The notes under the pieces are model-generated. The model saw only the letters and a program-made list of their open reading frames with translations. It was not told the DNA's origin and made no database searches. Source: Hamiltosporidium tvaerminnensis FI-OER-3-3 (lineage: Eukaryota; Fungi; Microsporidia). From it: a stretch of 64,000 nt of DNA. This document shows, piece by piece, positions 11,340-24,830 of this stretch. The position numbers were made by a program, and so were the translations under genes. The stretch spans positions 372,001 through 436,000 of the forward strand of contig JAKIMF020000005.1 of NCBI GenBank assembly GCA_022605425.2, written 5' to 3'. Numbering within the stretch: the first letter of the stretch is position 1; the number at the start of each line of letters is the position of its first letter.

Positions 11340-13960
11340 TAAAATAATACTATGTCATAGGTAAACCTCAAAAAAAACCAATATCTCAATAGTTTACAGA
11401 GTAATGGTTATAAATATTTAAACAATGGTTTTTAAATTATTAAATACGGCACTTTTGATTGTCATTCTGAATTCTGCATAAAGTTTAGAAATTTTATCCT
11501 TTAAAACTAAAATTCGACCAAGGTCAAAATTACTAATACGGTGCGAGGATTCTAAGATCAAATGAAAACTTCCTTTAAGTTTAAAACTATTTATATATTT
11601 TTTTAGAGATTTAAGCTTGGAAATACATATTACATCACAATTAGATAATTGTATGTTTGGAAAGTGTAATTCATTTATTATATAATCATGCCTTGAATCA
11701 AAAAGTTCGCAAAAATCAATTTCATCAAATCTACAAGTATTTTATTTAGATAATTAAGATTTTTGCGTTTTCCCAATGCTTTTTTATCTTTTTTACCGAT
11801 ATTCACACCAAAAATTTTCAATTTTTGAAGATTTTACATTCTTGACTTAAAAATATTTGAAGTAAATACCTTCAGGATAATCAAATCCGAAATTAAATTT
11901 TTTAAGATGAAGAAACATCGAAAAAAATGGTATTGAACTATCAGAGGAATAAGAAATGTAATATTTTAAGGAATTTAAATTTGTTGGATTTGAAATCGGA
12001 TCGTTGAGACATGATATGAAAATATTTGCAAAAACTATAGTTTCGGAGCGTGAATATTTCAATTTTTTCGTGCCGGTTATTTTATTTAAAAAAATTATGA
12101 AAATATCTTGATTATCAATCGAAGTATTTTTGCATGTAAATTTTTGAATTGAACTATTATCTATCTAAGACTGTTGTGTATTTGAGAATATAACTTTAGA
12201 ATCTGAAATGTAAACTTCTCTCAGAAATGAAAAAAACAATATTCTAGACAAAAATGTAGCAGTCAATTTAGAGTTAACTATATGTATACGCCCTATGTTA
12301 TTCAATATTTATATATTATTTATTTCGAAATCTTTAATATATGTGTCGGCAAATCTTACATCGATATTCTTGATCTCTTTTAAATTTAAAGCAAAGAATC
12401 CAAACCAAAAATTTTCATTGTATAATTTTACACACAAAAACATTGAAGATAAAGAATTTGAATTTTCTACCTTTTCTATCATGCTTTCATTGTGATGACA
12501 CACCAAAATCAAATTTTTTCTTATATTTTTATTTAATTTTCGATTTTTGTATGCAAAGACTTTTTTATTATTTTCAGATATTTCATAGATGGATGTCAAA
12601 TATAGATCGTGAACAGGAGAGTAAATAGCGGAATTATGAAAATAAGTTTTTGGCGCATTCGGAGAAACGCTATAATTTATTTTTTCAATATTGTATTTTT
12701 TTAGAAAAATAATTTCATCTTTTGTAGTAAATTTTGAATATATGATATTTAAAATTTTTATATTTTTTAAAGCAGAAGTTTGGCAAATTTTTTCAATTAT
12801 TTCATCAGTATTTGAAAAAAAAGCAACATAAATTTCATCTATACCTTTAAAAAAAGATAACATAAAGAATTTCGACAAATCATTTGTATATGATATGGAA
12901 CTCAGAAAATAATGCTTGAAAGTATGTATTTGATTGAAAATGTCTATAATCCTGAAAATATTATTTAATATACTTTACCTTGTTAAAAATTCTCGTATAA
13001 TATTAGTGTCGAAATACAAAAATTTATCACTTATATTTATAAAATCAAACTTATAATATTTTTTAACATTCTTAGCCCACGATATGCCTTTTATTATGCC
13101 GATGGCTCCTTTAGGGAATTTATATATTTCTAATATTTCAACCAAAACCATTTTAGATAGATCAATATATTTTGGTAAGTCATAGTTTTGCAATTTCTTG
13201 GGTGTGAAATTCCTTTCTTTGAACGGAATAGAATTCAATATAACCGAACACCATATAAATCGAATTAAGTTTTTGAAGGAACTGTTCCTTTCAAACTTAA
13301 AAATATTTAAAATTTTCATAAACAGAAGATATTTTTCTTCGTTTAAATTATCGATCAAATAAGGAAATTCTAATATTGTTTTATAAAAGTAGAAAAATTC
13401 TTCAAAGGTAATAATATTTGCAGAAATATATAGTTTTTGATCGTTTTTGTCGCCAAATCTACTCTCTGTTGGAAACATTAAATGGAAAATCATCCATGTC
13501 ACTCACAAATTTTTCTAGGATTTTACAATTTGAAATTCGATAATATTTTTTATATTGCCATCTAAAGAATCTAAACACAGGTAAGATTCTAAAAAAATAC
13601 TTTCTGAAGTCAAAGCCTTGTCAGGATTTTTCTCAAAAAAATAAGATTTATGGTCTCCTGAATAATTATACATCTCAAAGTTAATATAATCAACAATAAA
13701 CCAAAATATAGGTTTGTGTTTATAAGAATTCGCATAAAGATCCAATATTCAACATATTAAGGGAAACGAGATATTAATTATATAGCGATTCTGTTATACA
13801 TTATCAGAAAAGATTTAATATAAATGCATAAAGATTTGGTCTTGGAATATTTTATCTATTTTTTGTTGCGATAAAAAAAATAACTTTTTTTCAAATTTTT
13901 AACCATTTTAATTTTAATTTGTTAACTTAATAAATAAATGAATTTAATTTCTAACATGGT
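11340..13960 (-). pseudogene. Decayed gene of a large lineage-specific family (Leu/Ile/Phe-rich, LRR-like C-terminal part)
   Basis: Collinear same-strand ORF pieces 13515..13745, 12975..13502, 12309..12878 and 11847..12062 separated by stops or frameshifts; boundaries approximate; family assignment is inference. Confidence 0.6.
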
Positions 13961-15024
13961 TTTTAATTAGTTTAATTGAACATTAGTTTTGATGTTGTTC
14001 GATTTTAGTAACTCTTGGTCGAACAAATAATTTTTAAACTTTTGCGAAATAATTAACAACTAAAATTTTGATATCAAGTATTTTTGTCTATATTTGCATT
14101 ATTTAAATGTTTCTATGTTATCAAATAAATCTAAAATTATTCTAAATTGAAAAAAACGTACCACTGTTAATAAATTAATACGCATTGCTAGATAGCATAT
14201 AATGAATTTTAAATTAAAGTAAAATACCTAAAGAAGCTTTGCATCATAGAAAATTTTATAGCGAATTAATACTACATATTAATTTAAGAAATTATGTTTT
14301 AAACTATAAAATATCTGTATTTGCAATTTTCTTTGTAATCCATAGAGTATTTCGGTGTTATAGCGCATGATTGAATATTCTATCTGTCAAAATAAATAAT
14401 AAAGCTATAGAAACGTTTTTTCGATCGAGCTGAAATCTTTTTTTCATTTCAATATTCGATAAGCTCTCTTATTCTCTAAATAAAAATAATTTTGTCTATG
14501 TGTTTCGTGATCTATAGCTCCCTAATAACCCAATATAATTATATTTCACGTTTATATATGCATCTTGCTTTTTTAGTTTAAACTCGCAGCTTTCTGCCCG
14601 TGACCCCGACCGATGTATTTATTATTGACATGTTTAAAAAATAATTCATACCATATATCAGCTAATACAATCCAAAACCGGATATGAATCTACTAATACA
14701 TAAACTGTATTATAATGTTTTTACAAATTAATGATGGGTATATTAATGATCTTTGTCTGGAAATAGTAATCTGATAACTATGAACGAAAGATTTTACATA
14801 GAAAAAATTTCTTTGAATATTTTGCGCTACAATTGTGGACTTGAAAGGCTTAGAATAGATAAGTGTTATGTTGGTTTTAATCGAAAAGGAGTCACAAATA
14901 TGCTAGATTATTCGTGAAATCTATGGAAAGAACATAATAATGCTGTATGTGTATATGTGTTTATTTGTAAAACAAGTTTATAAAAATTCTATTAGATTTG
15001 ATTAAAAAAAATATTTTAATTATT

Positions 15025-15320
15025 GATTCATTCATCTTTTGCACCATAGCCCTACAGGAGCTAAAGCTTGTCTTAGTAATACCGCCCACAGGTCTTTTTT
15101 CAGTGGGTTTGTTTACTTTTTTGGGTTTCGTAACAAGGTGGTTTTAAAGGGTGGGTTGTAAACCCTACGCCAAACCTTGAGAACCAGTCCTTTTTAGTCG
15201 CTTCTTCGACAGACAGGGAATTCCATAAGCCAATTCTGTACCCGACATAGTGGAAAGAGGGGGTCGAACATGGCTCTCCATAATTGAATTCCGATATCCT
15301 CACCACTAGACTAGTGGCAC
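15025..15320 (-). mobile_element. RTE-derived short element (family B) with a tRNA-Glu-like head
   Basis: Shares the TGTCG..AAG..GCGACTAAA core and the GATGAATGAAT tail with the copies at 37214, 49915 and 54690; 5' extension carries A box TAGTCTAGTGG and B box GTTCGACCCC. Confidence 0.75.
15257..15320 (-). pseudogene. tRNA-Glu(TTC)-like pseudogene or SINE head
   Basis: Minus strand GCCACTAGTCTAGTGGTGAGGATATCGGAATTCAATTATGGAGAGCCATGTTCGACCCC; A and B boxes and TTC present, but acceptor and T stems are broken. Confidence 0.55.
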
Positions 15321-18300
15321 AGGGTCTTTGTATTTAGCTCTATAAAAAACACAATACATTATCGGAATTAGTCCAAAACTTTAGGATAACAAAAGAAGTA
15401 AGACTCTGTTAAAAATAACTAGAATTTCGAGACGTTAATTTCGTAAAAACAAGATTATGATGTCATAGCTTATTCCCAGTTATACAATCGAGTAATGTCT
15501 CAATATCGACTCATCTCGAAATTTTTAACGGTTAAAAAAGGCACAAAAACAATTACAGTATTCCGATGAAATTCATGACTCTTTGGCTCGTTCATAAATC
15601 TTATAAAATCAATAACAATCTGTAGAAGTATACCATGAAACACCTCCAAACTTTAAATAATTCAAAGAAACTTTTACCCACATTATTATTAAACAACTTT
15701 TCTTGATTTTAGTATGTAATTTTAATATCAGTAATAAATATATTTCTTTTAATTTTTAAATTAAAATTCAATGAAATAATTTTATAGAATTTCTTATAAG
15801 TTTTTTTTTACCAATACATAAGCAATTCTAAAATAGAGCAAATTTTTTTAAGCCTTTTCGGCTTGAATATATCTATATTTTTGATAATCGTTGAATAAAA
15901 CAACTAAGCTTCAAATAGTAATTAAATTTATTACCGGGCAAAATTTAAAGATTTTCCTTAAAAATGACTAAGAATAGATACAATATATAAATTACCTTTT
16001 ACACATATTGTTAAAAATAACAGTTTTTGCAGACACAGAAAACAATTCACATGAAAATTTTCTATAAAGAAAGAAAACTGAATGGAATCAAAATAGGCGA
16101 TAAAGTGAACAGAATAGACATATATAATGCCGAACTGAACCTTTAAAAAATTAAAAGTAAATAAAAAAGAAGAAGAGAACTATGCAGGTTAAAAATGAGC
16201 ATAGATTAAATTAGAAAACTTTTCAAGAATGAAAATAATTCTGATTTGAAAAATCAAGCAAATATGTGAGTAACAGATGTGGGGAAGGTATAAAAACCTA
16301 ATTGACAATATCAGAAATTTAGCTCAGTTAAGAAGTTTTAAATGATTAATCTACTTTGTTTTTTTATAAATATAAAATTAAGTTCGTTTCACGAGCTTAC
16401 CAGTTAGTATATTTCAATAAATTCTCTAATTGTAAATAAAAATATTATTAATAGCATATTGAGACTGTTCGGTGTACTTAAAAATATCTAAGATTTAATA
16501 TAATAAATGATTCGGTTTTGATAAATTTTTAATTCCAATTTATTATTTATTGTGTAATAATCCAAAGCAGAAATATATTCTGAAAAGCGGTTCAAAGTAA
16601 CTCTCAAAATTATGAACATTCTAAAAAATAGTATCTAATTATATAAAACAGTGACGAGGAACTGTCGTTTAGAATACGCTAAAAATAATATGATGGTTTC
16701 CGGAAGAAGAACAGCTAGGTTCAATTTCTTAATCCTTCCTCAGTATTGTATTTTAAATAATGTAATTAAATCTAAAATTCTCCAAAATTTATTTAGAAAA
16801 AAATTCAATACCGGCGCTGTAAATATTTCAGGATTCTTACACTTTTTTTTCTAAAAGCTATTTTCAATACATTAGCGAAACCAAATTTTAAAGTTAACCC
16901 AATATAGAATATTGCGGATTTTCAGAATAGTTTAATTGTGTAATTTATTTTAATGGTATTTTTTTATATGTGTATAAAGCTCAATTCAGAGGACCCTTTT
17001 ATTGTTTAAAATCAAATGATTGTGTCTAAAAATTATTGTTTCGAAAATCTAGGAAATATATATGACTTTGCAAAATTATAATAGACAAATATGTTAAGTA
17101 TAATATTGGGCAAAACATAATATCAGGAGAAAATAATTTCTCTTTGATAATGATCAACGCTTGTGAGTTAAATTTTGCAGTTTCTAAAGTCTCGCATTAT
17201 ATTCTTTAGATTTGTAATTTTCTACAGTCTAAATTGTCACTGTAAAGTCTAATGTTGAAAAAATTTATATATTCGTCCGTTCAAATTAAAATAAGTAATG
17301 TACAAGAAATATTTGCAAATAGATTTGCAATAATAAGAGTTATTTTACATATTAAAATCAGTTATATATACTCGAAAAAAACATCGAGACATTGCTACAA
17401 ACCCATAAGCATTTCATAATTTGTTTTAAACCATGGATAATTATGTCCAAAATCTCATAACTTATTTACGGTGCTTTAAATATTATCTTTGGATGTAGTT
17501 TGTAAATTTCTCCTAGAAACTTTTAACATTTTCTCATATAATGATTTTTTTTTGAAAAAGGTAAAGGTCAATCATTTTTGCAAAAACATAATATTGGTAC
17601 TCAAGAAGCAAGAAATTCTCAACGGTTTGATAAAATAAGAGACTAAGAAACCTTATAAACCCCGCATATAATGTTGAATATAATAATACAGCTGTAGAAA
17701 GACACAAACTGCACAATATAATACATTTTAGTAAATATAATTATTTAAATGTGAAAATAATATACGAAACTTGATTTTATTTTAAAATTTGAAACATTAT
17801 TGGTAGATTGAGGATTCAAAAACAAATCAGCATGAATAATATAAAGAAAGTCACTTACCACATTTGGTATTAAACTATTATCGATATAGTATTATTATTA
17901 TCTGATAGTATGAGATGGAATTTTGAAATTTAAATTGCTATATAAATAATAAGGACATAATTGAATCACCAAACCTTGAATTAAAAATTATTTATTCAAT
18001 GAAAAGGAATTGGTTTTAAAGGATTTTTTGAATATAATACTCCATATTAAACCTAAGAATATAGTAACCATCCAATATTTGCTGAGTAAATAATATATTT
18101 ATAAATTTACTTAACAAATATTAGCTCTGGATATATATAAGATATTAATTTACAGTATATTAAAATTTAAATATGCTTTCCATACTTTAAATTCTTTTTT
18201 CTTTTAGATTAAATTCTTATAGATACGCGTTAGAAATGAAAAAAAATCGAGCTACAATATTTTCGCATCAATTAGTAAAAATTTATGCCATCTTAAATTT

Positions 18301-19009
18301 ACGAAAAATATTAAATAACTCACTTATGAATTTAAAAGAAAATTTAAATTAAGAAATTGATTCTTATATATTAACTTTATATGTATAAAAATATATGGAA
18401 ATAATGGATTGAAGATATAACATCTTTAATGAGTTTCTATTAAAAAAGTGCATCAATCTTTTGTTTTTTATCTATGGAATAAAAATCAAAAAAACTGGTG
18501 TCCTCCGATGGCCTTTATTAAGTAGAAGAAATAAAGCAAGGGAGGTCACCAAAAATTGGTATTTCACATTATTATTCTTCAAATTTTAAAAAAAATAATT
18601 ACTGTGGTTTGTATTAAGCGAATAAAGCAAATATAAATTTATAAAGTAAATTACATTCCATTTAAAGCAAATTCATATCATACCAATCAAAAGTTCGATT
18701 TTTTTAAGGAAAATATCAAAATTTTGATAGATTCTAAATTAACAATCGACTTATCGGTCAAAAGAAAAAGTCTTTGTACACTTAATCATATATTGAAACG
18801 ATAAAAAAACGATCAATCAGTTTTGTGCTTCATAAAATGCCAAAAATACGTTGATTTATTGCACTTATTGTGAGTTTCTCTTAAATTAGACTTTTTATGC
18901 GTTTTACTTAGTATTTAATTCATTAAAAAAAATAATAAGTCTTAAGTAATTCAAATACATATTCCGAAAGATATTTAAATTCATACAAGTTTGATTATAA
19001 TTTATTGTT

Positions 19010-19735
19010 ATTTAAAAAAACATAAAATAATTTTAAAATAGTCGCATTGTTACATTGTTTTTCCTAGAATAACGCAATTCTAGGTTTAACATTCATAACT
19101 GCGCCCAAAAACTCCATCGGTACTATTTTTGATACCTACGTTCCGAATCCTTTCATCGTACAAGTATGTAGAACTTAATTAACCGGTAAGAACATTGCTT
19201 GGAGTTTGTTAATGTTTATTCAATGGAGTGTGATCGTAGGCTAGAACCCATCCTAGGCTCTCCTGAAATTATGCAGCATTCTCACTTACTTTACCCTTTC
19301 CGAACCTAATAAACCTTTAGCCAAAATATATCTCAGTGACTTACACGATCTTCACCAAGATAGTGCAAAGTCATACCAACAGCTATAACATGAGACATAG
19401 CTTTCCTGCTTTTATAGGGTTTTAATTTCGTATTTCAGACCCTAAGTCTTCTGAATCATGAACAAGACTAGGTTATAATGCTTTACATGACAATTACTTA
19501 AAATTTCAGATGCATTCCACAATCTTGCTACATAAAAAACTGCAAAATAGATTTTTAAAAATTTTTTCGCAATTCTAAAGATCTATTCCTCCTTAAACAA
19601 ACTCTCATGGTGCAACCGGAAATTTATTCTGGTTTTATTCCTACTGAAAATTCAAATAATGATCTTTACACCAATTTCGTGTCTTCGTTGAAAAGCCGAA
19701 AGTTTATATTGTGGTTATTCTCCCTCAACCTGTAA
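19010..19735 (-). repeat. Dispersed repeat family A copy
   Basis: Reverse complement of blocks in the 50311 copy, e.g. CAAGATAGTGCAAAGTCATACCAAC, CTAAGTCTTCT, GTGGTTATTC. Confidence 0.85.
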
Positions 19736-19959
19736 TTTATAAGCACATATCAAATTTTATGTAATGAAATTCAGAGACAATTTTTTCCCAACTTTTTTCT
19801 CACTGTAATCTTCTCTCCTGCATCTGACGTGTAGTTAAATTTATTTTGATTTCACTACTAGAGTTTTGCAGTATAAAACAGAATCTAAGTTAATTTTTTG
19901 TGTTTACGTGTTACATCATTTTCTTCACTATTTGCTCGCCTTTGAGAAGTTGTTGGTTT

Positions 19960-20270
19960 TTCTTGTTTTTCAGCTTCTTAAAAAAACCATGTATAACCAT
20001 CTCAGCTCTCTTACTATTTGATCCTGACTCAATTCCTTTTTGTATCAAAGGAAATTGTTTTGACTGTTTTTAAAGTTATATCGGCCAAGCGTATGTATTC
20101 ACATTCATCGGCATGGAAGTCTTTTAAAGTCTGTTGTATAGTTTTTTCTAATAACACAGTCAAAGGTCTTACATAAATGATAATCTCTGCTTCACATTTA
20201 TAAACTAGACTTAATTCATAAGACAAGAATATAATCTTATCGTTAATAGTTTATTTAGGATTTAAAACTT
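19960..20270 (-). mobile_element. Degenerate RLE non-LTR fragment
   Basis: ORF 20029..20226 (SYELSLVYKCEAEIIIYV..YIRLADITLKTVKTISFD) parallels ELGLIYKCSVEIIPYV..YIQSIVLKKTVETISF. Confidence 0.7.
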
Positions 20271-23200
20271 GGGGGTTTTATCATATGCTTTGCATTAGAT
20301 TTTTCATTTCATCTAAATAATTCTTGTATAAAAAAATATTTCATCTAATTAATCTTCAAATAGAATAGAAAAGATGCTTATTTTTTTGTTATTGGTTCTG
20401 CTTAAAAGTTTTCGACTGATTTTTTGTAATTGGTGCTTATTATTTCAAAATATTTTGTGTCAAAAAGAGTTTGATGCCATCTTTCTAATAATAGTAGTTT
20501 TAACAGAAAAATTGTTTGGGATAATTATATATTTTTCAATGCGATGTATGTTATGTAATTATGATTCTTCTGAGATCTCTCAAAACCCTTCCATAGGTTT
20601 CAACGAGATTTTAGCGACTTGAAAATATGTTATAAAACTATATTTTCAAGCGAAATCGGATTATATAGATCGAATTTTTATCTTGGCCTATTTTTTGATA
20701 GCTGTTTTAATATATTTTCGATGGTTTACTAGAATATCGTTAAGACACTTCTTGAAGAATTATTTAAAATTTTATTTACACATGAGATTCAAGTTGATTG
20801 CCAGCTTTTTATACATCTAATTTTTATTTTACGCATCTGAAGGGAATCTTGTAATTAAATTCATCTTAAAAAAGTGTCTTTTTAAAATAGTCTATTAGAA
20901 AGAAACTGATATTTACATTTGTGTAAAAATTTTCCCTCATTTGCGCAATCATAATTCTATATGCCTATTTAGAAATCATATTGAACTCTTTAGCTTCTCC
21001 TTTATCTAGAAAACCCAAATGCATATTTATTTAATATAAATAAAAGTATACCTGTAGTATAGATTTATCTGAAGTTATTATAAACATTGTTAGATATTTT
21101 TTATGTAATTTAATTTTTCCTTATTTTCAAAATTTATACAATGTTTATAGTGATTTCTGTTTCCCATAATAGATATTATTCTTGAATATAAACATCTTAT
21201 ATTAGCTTCTATGGTTTTTTATCTCATTTTTAAACAATGGAACCAATAGCTAACATAATCAGTATATTCTATTGTTTATAAAAATTCAGTCTAAGGTTTC
21301 TAAAATCATATTTTTTTAAATATAAGGTATAATATAGAAATTTTGAGTTTCTTATGTTGAATTAAAATATGAGCTATATTTCTTGGAGAAAAGGCGTGTT
21401 TTTTTTTTAACTTTGACAGATTAAGACCAATTTGTAAATATTTACTGTAAAAAATATCAATTTTAAATAGAAGAAGTAATGCTATTATTTTAAGTCATCG
21501 CTACTACTCCGTGTCTTTTTTGAGCATATAATGAAAATGTAAATTAACTATTAGTTTGGGTTATAAAACGAAAAACTCTGTTTCGAGCAACCTTCGCTTG
21601 CCATTTATATGAGGTTGAAAATTTAAAAGAAAAGAATATAAACACGCGATTATAATATAGATGCCTTTTTAGATATGAAAATGCGATCAAATTGCGCGAC
21701 GGCTGTTTTTAAAGATGCTTAAATTAAATAAAATATAAAAAAAGCGTTTAGATAGTAATGATTTTTTTGTTAATTAAACCATTTAGGCCAAAAAAATTAA
21801 TGAAACGATTTTTTCACCGTATAAATATCATATTCTCGGCAACCTGAATTTTTAAAAACAAATAATAGATAATATTTTATTACAAAGACAAAATCCAGCG
21901 ATAATACAGAGCAAAAAAATACGAATATTGGCAAAACTAGTTCAATTTTTATCTATAAACTTTTAAATCTTATTCCGAGAGTCTTTAACACATTAAAAAT
22001 CTTAACGCAGTAAGGAAAAAAGCAAATTCAATTCCGGAAAATAAAAGAATTGTCTTGATTATGGGCTAGACTATGTACTTGTTTCAAAAAACAAGAGATT
22101 ATTCTAAAATGTATTTTTTTATCAATTTTTTTCTAGGACTAAAAAATATCATTATTCACGGAAATTATCATAAGTTGCGACCTTTTCCTGAAAATTATAG
22201 TTCTTTCTTGTATTTTGTAAAAAAATATATAGAAACACAATTTATTGTTAATATAGAATAAAATAAGCGCTTTCAAAGACGTCTGCGATGCGATAAAAAG
22301 TTATATTAATAAATTTTCTATATTTAGAAAAAAAAATTCCGCAAAATTTTATTTTTTTTCCTTTTTGATGCGAAATTATTACCAAAAATTTTATTGGGAT
22401 AAAATATTTTAAATTTCTTCTATGTATTGTTAAAAAATATTATTTTTGAAATTTAAACTAATAGAAAAAATAAATTTTAAAAAAATTCTGTATTTCAGGT
22501 CGCTTGTCTAGAAATTGGGTTTAAGTTTGTTTAGACTCATATAATTTTTACTTTTAAAATTATAAGTTCTCTATGTAGCTCACTGCAAAATAAAGTCAGA
22601 TATGTATACGTTTATGTAAAAAATAATTTATTCAAAACTATTTTAATACTTTAAAAAAAATTTAATTTTTCTTGTATCCGTGCTAAATATAATTTTTATT
22701 AAAGACCAGAGATCTCTAAAATACGGCCAGCGGTAGCTATCCAGAAATCTTAGGTTTGTCTCTGACATTCTTTTGTAAGGTATGCTTTTTTTTGTAAATA
22801 GGCAAAAAAATAGTAAAATAAAATCGACAAGGAAAATTAGAACAATAATAATTTATTAGGAATCAGTAATTAAAAAAATATTTACCTTTTAAGATTTTTA
22901 TAACCTCAAATAATATTTCTTTTTACTATTTTATACTAAAAAAACCAAAATCAAATCCTGGGAATTGTGTGGCATAATTAATTATTTTCACAGCCTATAG
23001 TGCCTCCTATGTCTAATAAACACCTTGTTAGTTCTAGAAAACCTTTTCTTTTATTTTTAATGTATTTTTATTCCCATTATTTTAAAGTTCTTTGGGCCCT
23101 GCTCTGGTTATTTCCCATTCATTCCTTTTTAAAGTCCAGAATTTTGAAAAGTAAGAAGTGGTTATCTTTTTAATATAACAGAGGCCAAATGCACATTCGT

Positions 23201-23699
23201 TTATTTAGTTTTTGCTTTATTTTTTCTTCCAAGTATATTTCTGATTAAAATTTACAGAACAAAATTTCTTAAATCTTATCAAAGCATTTGTCAGTTGATA
23301 AAATTTAAATTTGCTTTATTGTGTCTTTGTGGAGAATTTTTTTAACATTAATGTGTTCTAATTAGATCATATTATCAATAAAAATATTGGTCCCTGTAAA
23401 AATACAAATATTATACATGAAATTTAATACGGCTCGTTTGGTATGTGTATGTACATCAATTTTTTTTTCAGAACCCTATTACCAATAAAGATTCACTTTT
23501 TATTTCATTAAATACTTACTCTCTAGGTTTTTTTTGTATTTTCCGACATGTTTACTACTTTTGTATCAGTTTCAAGATTCTTATCGAAGTCAACAGCTGT
23601 AGTTTTTGAAGTTAAGGCAAGATATCGGAACTTGTTTACTTCATTATATATTTCAGACGCAATCTCTAGCTTCCAGTGTTTATGTTGAATCATAATTAT

Positions 23700-24830
23700 T
23701 TGACCTTAATACTTCAGAAATAACTCTTTTGACAAATACTAATTTATAGTTTTATTTATTCCGTCACTATATAACCAGAAAGAGGATTATTAAATCTAAG
23801 TTGGCAAAAAAGGCTGAAAAAATGGTTTTTTTGTGGCACTATATATTGTTCTATAATAATAAAATATATCATCATGTGAAAACTAATCTACATTTTTGTA
23901 CCAGTTTCATTTAACTCTTTTTGCTAACCATCTTTTACTTGTTCGATTAACTAATTAAACTTGTCCCTGTGCCTTTAGTTTGCGTGGTCCTCTATGTATG
24001 ATTTGTACCTTGAAAGCAGTTAAGTATGTTTCCAGCAATTCATTTTCAAATTCTTTATTATTATCAGATTGAATAGCTGCTGGAATACCATAATTATCAA
24101 ATAGAAACTTTAAAAATTTTTTTACAGGCTGTAAAGTTCTTTTGACAATCTTGAAACTTAAAATATGCTTTGTATAAGAGCCAATTACATATATAATCTA
24201 ACAATACTCATGATTTCTTTCAGCCTATCCTTAAGATATACACTAATTATCATAAATAAATCATGTTTTTTGTAATATTGCTTGTAGAATTCATTGGCTT
24301 AATTGTCTTCAATAATTGAATCTACTACAGGTTTCACGCGTTATTACTTATTTACTTATTTACTTATTTACTTATTTACTTATTTACTTATTTACTTATT
24401 TACTTATTTACTTATTTACTTATTTACTTATTTACTTATTTACTTATTTACTTATTTACTTATTCCTTCACGGAAATCCAATAATATTTTTGTCTAATTA
24501 ATGTAATCATTTTATCAATTTCAAGATTTGCTACATAATGTTCTGTCTTAGTTATATGCTTGATTAATATCTTTGCAAATTCAAGAACAACTTTCAGCAT
24601 TCGTTAGCGCTTTTTGAAACAAAGATTATCTTCAAGCATTGAGAATTTATTTGACTTTCTTCGTAGAAGTCATTTACCCTTTTAAGTGTAATTAACTGAA
24701 TAATGCCCGTCTTCAAAAATATCACTAAAATATTCTTTTCTTCTTTGTTTTGATAAATTAAAATCTACGTTGTCGACATTATTTTTTGCTATGATTAAAA
24801 TAAAAAGCATAAAAAATGAAGGGTATATTA
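23700..24830 (-). mobile_element. Ginger/Gypsy-type (rve) integrase relic
   Basis: Minus strand near 23930-24090 reads GIPAAIQSDNNKEFENELLETYLTAFKVQIIHRGPRKLKAQGQV*LVNRTVK, matching the SDNGxEF..HGRPRxPQSQGxVER core; boundaries approximate. Confidence 0.75.
24344..24464. repeat. (TACTTATT)n octanucleotide repeat, ~15 copies
   Basis: Perfect 8-bp period. Confidence 0.97.

Noticed and set aside
8750-16400. Weak similarity between ~8750-9400 and ~15790-16400
   Set aside because: Probably old retroelement remnants, too degenerate to delimit or classify by eye
17000-18100. Possible piggyBac-like transposase relic
   Set aside because: Only faint motif echoes (QLYILEKTSRHCYK); no TIR or TTAA evidence found
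24303-24501. ORFs with YLFTYLLI repeats
   Set aside because: Translations of the 8-bp microsatellite
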